In this document: positions 55,703-64,000 of the stretch, piece after piece
Position numbering within the stretch: position 1 is the stretch's first letter
Layout of the letters: each line of letters starts with the position of its first letter
Assembly: GCA_964016885.1 (NCBI GenBank)
Contig: OZ024747.1
Span: 53,754,001-53,818,000 of the forward strand
Direction: 5' to 3'
From: Eledone cirrhosa
Lineage: Eukaryota
Length of the DNA: 64,000 bases
Translations under genes and position numbers: made by a program
The notes under the pieces: model-generated
Database searches by the model: none
Told to the model about the DNA's origin: nothing
Seen by the model: the letters and a program-made list of their open reading frames with translations, nothing else

Positions 55703-56021
55703 ATAAAATAAATATATACATATATATGCATATATATGTATATATGTCTGTGTGAGAGAAAGAGAGAGACTAATAACTGATAATAATGTTTGAAAGAGTA
55801 ATGGAGAAAGCTGGAATTGCGGCATTGTATCAAAATTAGATACGTGCGTTTTTTCAATTATCAACGAATATTAACTAATTAATTAGAAGCTACAAAACAG
55901 TTATCTGAAATATATGAGAGATTATAACCTTATATCTGTATGTCTAGATACGTAAACCCATATATATATATATGATGGAGATTATAAACTAATATATGTA
56001 TATTTATATACATAAGTATAT

Positions 56022-56072
<51 letters not shown>

Positions 56073-56108
56073 CTCACAAATGTCTGTATATATATATATG
56101 TGTGTGTA

Positions 56109-56167
<59 letters not shown>

Positions 56168-56458
56168 AGGTACGTGTATATGTTAGGTGTTATGTTGTCA
56201 GGTTATTATTCCGTTACTCTCGTATAAATCACTCTTTTGTGTATCCAACAATTGTTTGAAAGAGTGAGGAACCAGTCGACCCTGTACACCCATCATTTGG
56301 CGTTGCGGAATTTTACTTTTTATTGAATAGAAGTGATTTCATGGAAGATGCTTCTAATTATATTTTTAAAAATCAAGAAATACTTAAACACAAACAAACA
56401 AACACATATATATATAAGGAAAATGATAATGAAAAAAGGGAGTTGGAGAAGCGTACCT

Positions 56459-56516
<58 letters not shown>

Positions 56517-56548
56517 TAGATAGATTTGTCTATACCATACTAATTCAA

Positions 56549-56603
56549 ACTGCCTGAAGAGGTCACAGCCAAAGATGGCTGTCACTGAAATATATATAGC
56601 AGT
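56549..56603 (+). ncRNA. Type I hammerhead ribozyme
   Basis: ACTGC-CTGAAGA-GGTcACAGCCAaagaTGGCTGTcACT-GAAA-TATATA-TA-GCAGT. Confidence 0.88.
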
Positions 56604-56777
56604 AATAAACGAAGCTAAATTTTAATCATTTGACTTGTATTTAACTTTATTATATATATATATATATATATAATGGATGTTTATATAAATATACCAGATA
56701 CACTTTTCTTTCCTTATATAACGTGACTGTATAGGACATTTTCTAACGTCCATATATATATATATATATATATATAT

Positions 56778-56955
56778 AATTGTTTCTACTTTGGCACAAG
56801 GCAAGTAATTACTCACTACATTACTGGTACCTTATTTTATCGACCCTGTAAGGATGAAATGCAAAGTTAACCTCGACGGTATTTGAACTCAGACCGTAAA
56901 GGGACGTAACTATACTGGAAAGCATGGCGTCCAACCGTTTGCCGATATTGCCAAT
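56778..56955 (-). mobile_element. SINE family A
   Basis: Family core on the minus strand. Confidence 0.85.
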
Positions 56956-57705
56956 ATAATGTGCTTGTGTTTGTGTGTATACATATACGTATGTATGTAC
57001 ATATTTGCAACTAAGTGGTTCAAAGATCCTTCCCATTGCGAAGTACCTTAGGCTAATGTTTTCTACCATAGCCTCTGGTTGACCAAACTCTTCCAATTTG
57101 TTCGACGGAAATTGCAGAAGCCCATCGTTTATATTTCGCATATAGCTCATATGGACATACGTGCTAAATTAGGCAACTAATTGGAAGAAACACTTGAATA
57201 GCTAGCATAATACCTTGCAGCTCCGCAAATCTATGTCTCTGAGCTCTAAATTAAAATTTCGCCGAAATCAAATTTCTTAATAAAGTACCAGCCGCATCAA
57301 TTGGAGACAGTTGCTTCTGGGAGGTTTGTTTGAGGACTCTGCCACCACGACTCTCGGTGAGGAAGAAGAAGATGTATCCGTTTAGAGTGTGGATGACAAA
57401 TAATTCCAGAGCGACGGACAAACACTTCTGCAGAAATTGTTTACGTTCTTTGTACTCTGATTTCAAATCCCGATGAGGTCAATGTTGCCTTTTATCGTTC
57501 CAGGAGCCATAACTTAAAGTACCAGTCATGTACTGGGGTTGATGCAATCGACTTCACCCTTCCCACATATTTCTGGCTTTATGCCTAAATTAAAAATCAT
57601 TAATTCTCCCTCCTTTATCCCACTTTCATCCTTGTTTTGACCCCAGTTTTCCTGTTTTCATGCATGTTCATAATTCTTCTTCAATATTTTGAAGAAAGAC
57701 ATAAC

Positions 57706-57773
<68 letters not shown>

Positions 57774-58021
57774 TATAAAATGAGGTAAATATCTCTCTGA
57801 GTACTAAGTACCCATAGAGATATATAGGGTGCCTAAAATATAATTGTTGTTCCATGGTACTAATTTGAGATACCAGAACTATAAAAATTGAGATGAGCAA
57901 AACAAACAAACATTAAACAATCCTTTAAATAAATTAGAAAATGATTTAAATATAAATCCTTTTTTAATTTATTTAAAGGATTGTTTAATGTTTTTTTGTT
58001 CTGCTCATCTCAATTTATATA

Positions 58022-58092
<71 letters not shown>

Positions 58093-58095
58093 TTT

Positions 58096-58158
<63 letters not shown>

Positions 58159-58163
58159 TTTTA

Positions 58164-58194
<31 letters not shown>

Positions 58195-58292
58195 GTATGT
58201 ATAGTATATTTGGCAATTTATTGTATGGTTAATTAAAACATTTTGGAGGCCATTCGCTATGAGCTTTAAAGTAGTGACTATATCACTTACTT

Positions 58293-58387
58293 ATTCTCGG
58301 TAAAAGCAAAGGAGTGTAATCGACAGTCCTGTTTCTCGCTCGTTAGCGATTCTCAAGACTACTCACTCCTTCGCTTCTGCTGAGAAT
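58293..58387 (-). ncRNA. Hammerhead ribozyme, U3-A8 core variant, with extended stem I
   Basis: Minus strand core 58362-58316: GTAGTC-TTGAGAA-TCGCtaacgaGCGA-GAAA-CAGgaCTG-TC-GATTAC, plus a ~23-bp stem I extension. Confidence 0.78.
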
Positions 58388-58936
58388 TATAGAAGCTGGA
58401 TACTTATAGAATTCTAGCAATATTTAAGAGCTGATTAAACAGAGCGGTTGCCGGTCTCGCAAATATTTGGTATTAGTATTGGTGCTCTGAAATAGCGATG
58501 TATACATGAATGTGATCCGTGATCCGTGATGTAAAAGGACACCCAGAACTGAGATATGCAGGAGAACGGAAATGACAGGCGACGGGAGTATCCAAACCGA
58601 GTCGTATGTCCATCAAATGCTCATAAAAAGGGACCGCCAAACGGCGTCCAGTTTCTCCGATGTATCAGGACTCGTAAGGGGAACACCGGAGAGCAGAGAC
58701 AACGTGGGTGGGTGGGTGGCGAACTTCTTATACCAACGTCGAACTCAACAGTTTCCCAAGAGAAGGCGATCTGAACAGACCTACTTTTTCTCCAAGAAAT
58801 ATATATATATATATATAAGTTGAGCCAACTTATGCAGTTTCATATGCAAATGAGATTAATCACCTCATTTACACAGACGAGAAATGTATATATTCTCGGC
58901 TGTCTTCTAGTCCAGCAGTCGCAAGCGGTGGGAGAG

Positions 58937-58980
58937 ACCGTCCTGACGAAGGCCAGTTACGCCTGAAATGCATAGATGGT
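58937..58980 (+). ncRNA. Minimal type I hammerhead ribozyme
   Basis: ACCGTC-CTGACGA-AGGCcagttacGCCT-GAAA-TGCA-TA-GATGGT; palindromic stem III ATGCAT. Confidence 0.92.
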
Positions 58981-59142
58981 TGTCCCCCTTCCTTCTGCTG
59001 GACATCACCAGAGGGCGTCAGCCCCCAACCCCCCGGTGTTTGCATAGCTACGGCTTCCTAAAACCGTATTTCTTTGGAGATACGAAATATTTATACATAC
59101 AAAGCTATGCTTGAAGCGAAATCCCATTTCTTTTATATATAT

Positions 59143-60045
<903 letters not shown>

Positions 60046-60283
60046 TTCATATATATATATGTATATATATAACTTTATTTTATCATGAGTTAAAGGTCTA
60101 TAGATTTTTCCCTGGATTTCACTAAATTCTGTGGATGAATTTGTATCCTGATTCTCTTTTGAGATGAGTTTGAGTTATTTTTCCTAAATCTTTCGTTAAC
60201 TACTTTTCCCATCTTGACGTTATAGTCGCATATATGTTATAGAATGCCGTTAGCTTCTTGCTAAAACAATCTCTATACCTCTC

Positions 60284-60319
<36 letters not shown>

Positions 60320-60320
<1 letters not shown>

Positions 60321-60705
60321 TCTCATGTATGGCCAGCTTAGCAGCGGCGACAGGTAAGTTGGTATACCATGGCTACGACATAAGATCTCACTGCGCTTAC
60401 AATCCCTTTTCCGTGATTGCGAACAAATTGCTGCTGACAGAAAGGACTGGAGAGAAAGGCGCCATAGTGCGATTAAGAGCTTTGAATCCAGTCGCATAGA
60501 GAAATTGCGTGTTGACCGAACAGGGAGGAAACAATGAGCCTGAATACCTGCAAGACTCTCCATAAACTGTTTCTCTTGCGACCTATGTGGCTCGGTCTGT
60601 GGGTCACTGGCGGGATTGAAATGTCGCATGAGGCACTGCCATCCAGAGAGCTGACATTTTGTTGGATACTCATACGTCGGATATCAACGGGAGAGTCCAT
60701 CATCT
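60320..60705 (+). mobile_element. RTE LINE 3' end with C2H2-like zinc finger
   Basis: MYGQLSSG.R..G.P.LR.K...AADRKDWR...F.CDLCGSVCGSLAGLK.RMRHC. Confidence 0.82.
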
Positions 60706-60707
60706 AG

Positions 60708-60808
<101 letters not shown>

Positions 60809-61002
60809 GATAAATCTACCAAGAGTTTACGGTAGTGTCCAATCCGTATGAAGAACTCAATGTAATCCGGATATCATGGAAAGAAGAGATGCAATGAAAA
60901 ATCACTTTCGGTGAAAGATAAACGGAATACAGAGTCAAGATAAAATATTTAAAAAATAATGAATAAAACAATGAAACAGTTCCTTATATTAAACAAAAAA
61001 AG

Positions 61003-61157
61003 TTCATTATTTAACGATCGTTTCTAGGATATATATGTGTTAGAATTGGCATGCATATTCAACAGATCTATGTACAAAATTATACAAAATTATACAAACT
61101 ATCAAAATTAAATATACATACCAAACACACATATATGCCGTCTTCAGAAATAATGAA
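61003..61157 (-). ncRNA. Type I hammerhead ribozyme with greatly extended stem II
   Basis: Minus strand: TTCATTATTT-CTGAAGA-[~115 nt closed by ATATATGTGT/ACACATATAT]-GAAA-CGATCG-TT-AAATAATGAA; 10-bp perfect stem I. Confidence 0.75.
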
Positions 61158-61749
61158 ATATATTTATTGATAATAACAACAATTCAAAATTACAGGTCTG
61201 TTTGGGAGCAGAGTTCAAATTGACCAATGAAAATACAAAAAGTTTATACAGTTAGGTGTGTGTATATATATGTAAGTAACTTCGTTCACAGATATGCATA
61301 AAGATATATGTCCACATGCATACGCATGCCAAAAAGATGTATGTAAATACAAAAATTCAAGGCTAATGTCTCTGTATGTTTATAATCTACAGATAAAATA
61401 CGTATGCACATATAAATGTAAAATAAATATATACACACACATTCATATACTCACACATATACGTACATTCACACACACACGCGCGTATACGCATAAACAT
61501 ACACACAACCACGAACATACATACACACATACACCCCCACACACATATATATGTGTGTATATACTATTATCATAAGCATATGGACATTAATGCGCGCACA
61601 TAAACACTGCCACACATATTTAGATCCAGATACAGAAAGTAAGTGGGGGGGGGGGAGGTCAGTATTCACCGGTGTCAGCAGACTGCCTATTTATAAATGT
61701 ATCTATAAACTTAGAAATAAAAAGAAAAGAAAAAGAAAAAAGAAATATA

Positions 61750-61795
61750 TCAAGAAAATATATATATATATATATATATACATACACACATACAC

Positions 61796-61828
<33 letters not shown>

Positions 61829-62141
61829 CATACACATATATATAAACAAGTAAAATATAAAATATACATCGATATACATACATATACACATATATATATA
61901 TATATATACACACATACATGCATATACATACATATACATACACATATACACAGACACATACATACACATACATATACATACACACACCATATAAATACAC
62001 ATACACATACACACACGCATACATATAGAGACACATACATATACACATATAAATACATAGACATATACACACATATATATATATATATATACACACACAC
62101 GCATACATATATATATATACATTCACAACACACGTATATAC

Positions 62142-62198
<57 letters not shown>

Positions 62199-62269
62199 CG
62201 CACATATCTACACACATATATAAATACACTCATGTATATACACACATACACATACATACCCACACATAA

Positions 62270-62301
<32 letters not shown>

Positions 62302-62434
62302 ACATACATACACATATACACACATATATATATATATATATATACACACACATATATATATACACACACACATACACCCACATACACATACACATATATA
62401 AAGATATATATACACACACACCCACATATAATAA

Positions 62435-62479
<45 letters not shown>

Positions 62480-62798
62480 CACACACATACATATATATAC
62501 ACACATACATACACACACATACATACTCATACATAGACATACATATATACACACACACACATACACACATACATATACGCATATATACACATACATACAC
62601 ATCCATGTATGCGTATATACATACAAAACAAACACCACCACACGCTCACACAACTCAGACATACATAGATAAAGGGATATATATACACGTATATACATAT
62701 ATAAATAGAGATACATATACATATATAAATATATACACACATACACACACAAACACACATACATATACATACATACATACATACATATACACACACAT

Positions 62799-62861
<63 letters not shown>

Positions 62862-63002
62862 CATATATACATATATATATATATACATATATATAAAAAA
62901 AATAAAGAAATAAGATAAATAAATAAATAAATTAATTAATACACACAGTCAGACAAATATGCACACACATACATATACACATATATATACACATACACAT
63001 AC

Positions 63003-63060
<58 letters not shown>

Positions 63061-63101
63061 CTACACATACATACATATATACACACATACATACATCAAC
63101 T

Positions 63102-63163
<62 letters not shown>

Positions 63164-63510
63164 TAAAATATATATATATATATATATACACACACTCACA
63201 TATACATGCGCACATACGTACACATATACACATACACACATATACACATAGACATATACATGTGCCCACATATACATACACACATATACCCACATAAATA
63301 CATAGATACATATATATATATACACATATATATACACATATATATATATACACACATATATACACATATATATATACATATATATATATATATACACACA
63401 ATCATACACCCTTATTTACATGCGCACATATGTATTTTTATACTCACATACAAACACCCAAACATACATACCTACCTACATATACATACATACATCCACG
63501 CTTACAAATA
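61750..63510. repeat. Compound (TA)n/(CA)n/(TACA)n microsatellite field
   Basis: Direct inspection; source of all ORFs in this interval. Confidence 0.95.
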
Positions 63511-64000
63511 CAAATAATAATAGTAGGGGGGGGTGGAAAAGGGGGGGGGATTATAGTAAATATAGGTTTCAAGAAACATAGAATATTAATCTGCATTTAG
63601 ATCATAATATGTGTTTACATAGTTTCAGTATTAGGAAATGTAAGAAAGAAGGCAAAATTATGCATTTCAATATAAGTATACCATTAATTATATGTTAACT
63701 AAACTAAAGATAGTTAATATATTGATTTCTAAGGTGTATACTACTTAGGTTTATAATATTTGAAGCGGAATTTTGAAGTTAAATAGTAGTAGAGTATTAA
63801 TTATAGTATAACTAAATTAAAATTATTAACTTTATGGTATCAATATTAGGAAATGAATTTAGTAATAGGGAAAAACAAATAAAGTATTACATCGGTAGTA
63901 GAATATAAATTATAGGTTAACTAAATTAAAAATTACATATTAATTTCTATAGTATATGTTAATTAGGTTTATAATAATTAAAATAGATATTGTATTTTAT

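Overview
AT-rich, microsatellite-saturated eukaryotic non-coding DNA. The repeat content (CORE-type tRNA-SINEs, RTE LINEs, very large (TA)n/(CA)n tracts) suggests an invertebrate, plausibly an octopod cephalopod, but this is inference. No host protein-coding exon can be supported: the supplied ORFs are microsatellite artefacts or decayed transposon fragments. Recognisable content includes about 30 copies of one tRNA-derived SINE, often clustered or inverted; several CORE-type SINEs with exchangeable 3' tails, one matching a neighbouring RTE LINE tail; RTE and other LINE fragments; a dead IR/DR-type Tc1 transposon; TTAA-flanked and hAT MITEs; and several minisatellites. The main signal is a set of short, ORF-less elements inserted in (TA)n tracts that carry type I hammerhead ribozymes. 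By eye I can fold eight complete hammerheads from seven unrelated sequence families, plus partial and degenerate ones. They include a U3-A8 core variant and one with a ~115-nt stem II. Several families also share a covarying UU-bulged hairpin downstream of the ribozyme, and many are frozen as fold-back palindromes. This resembles a diverse community of Penelope-like or retrozyme-like non-autonomous elements that target TA microsatellites. All structures were folded by eye and none is tested for activity.
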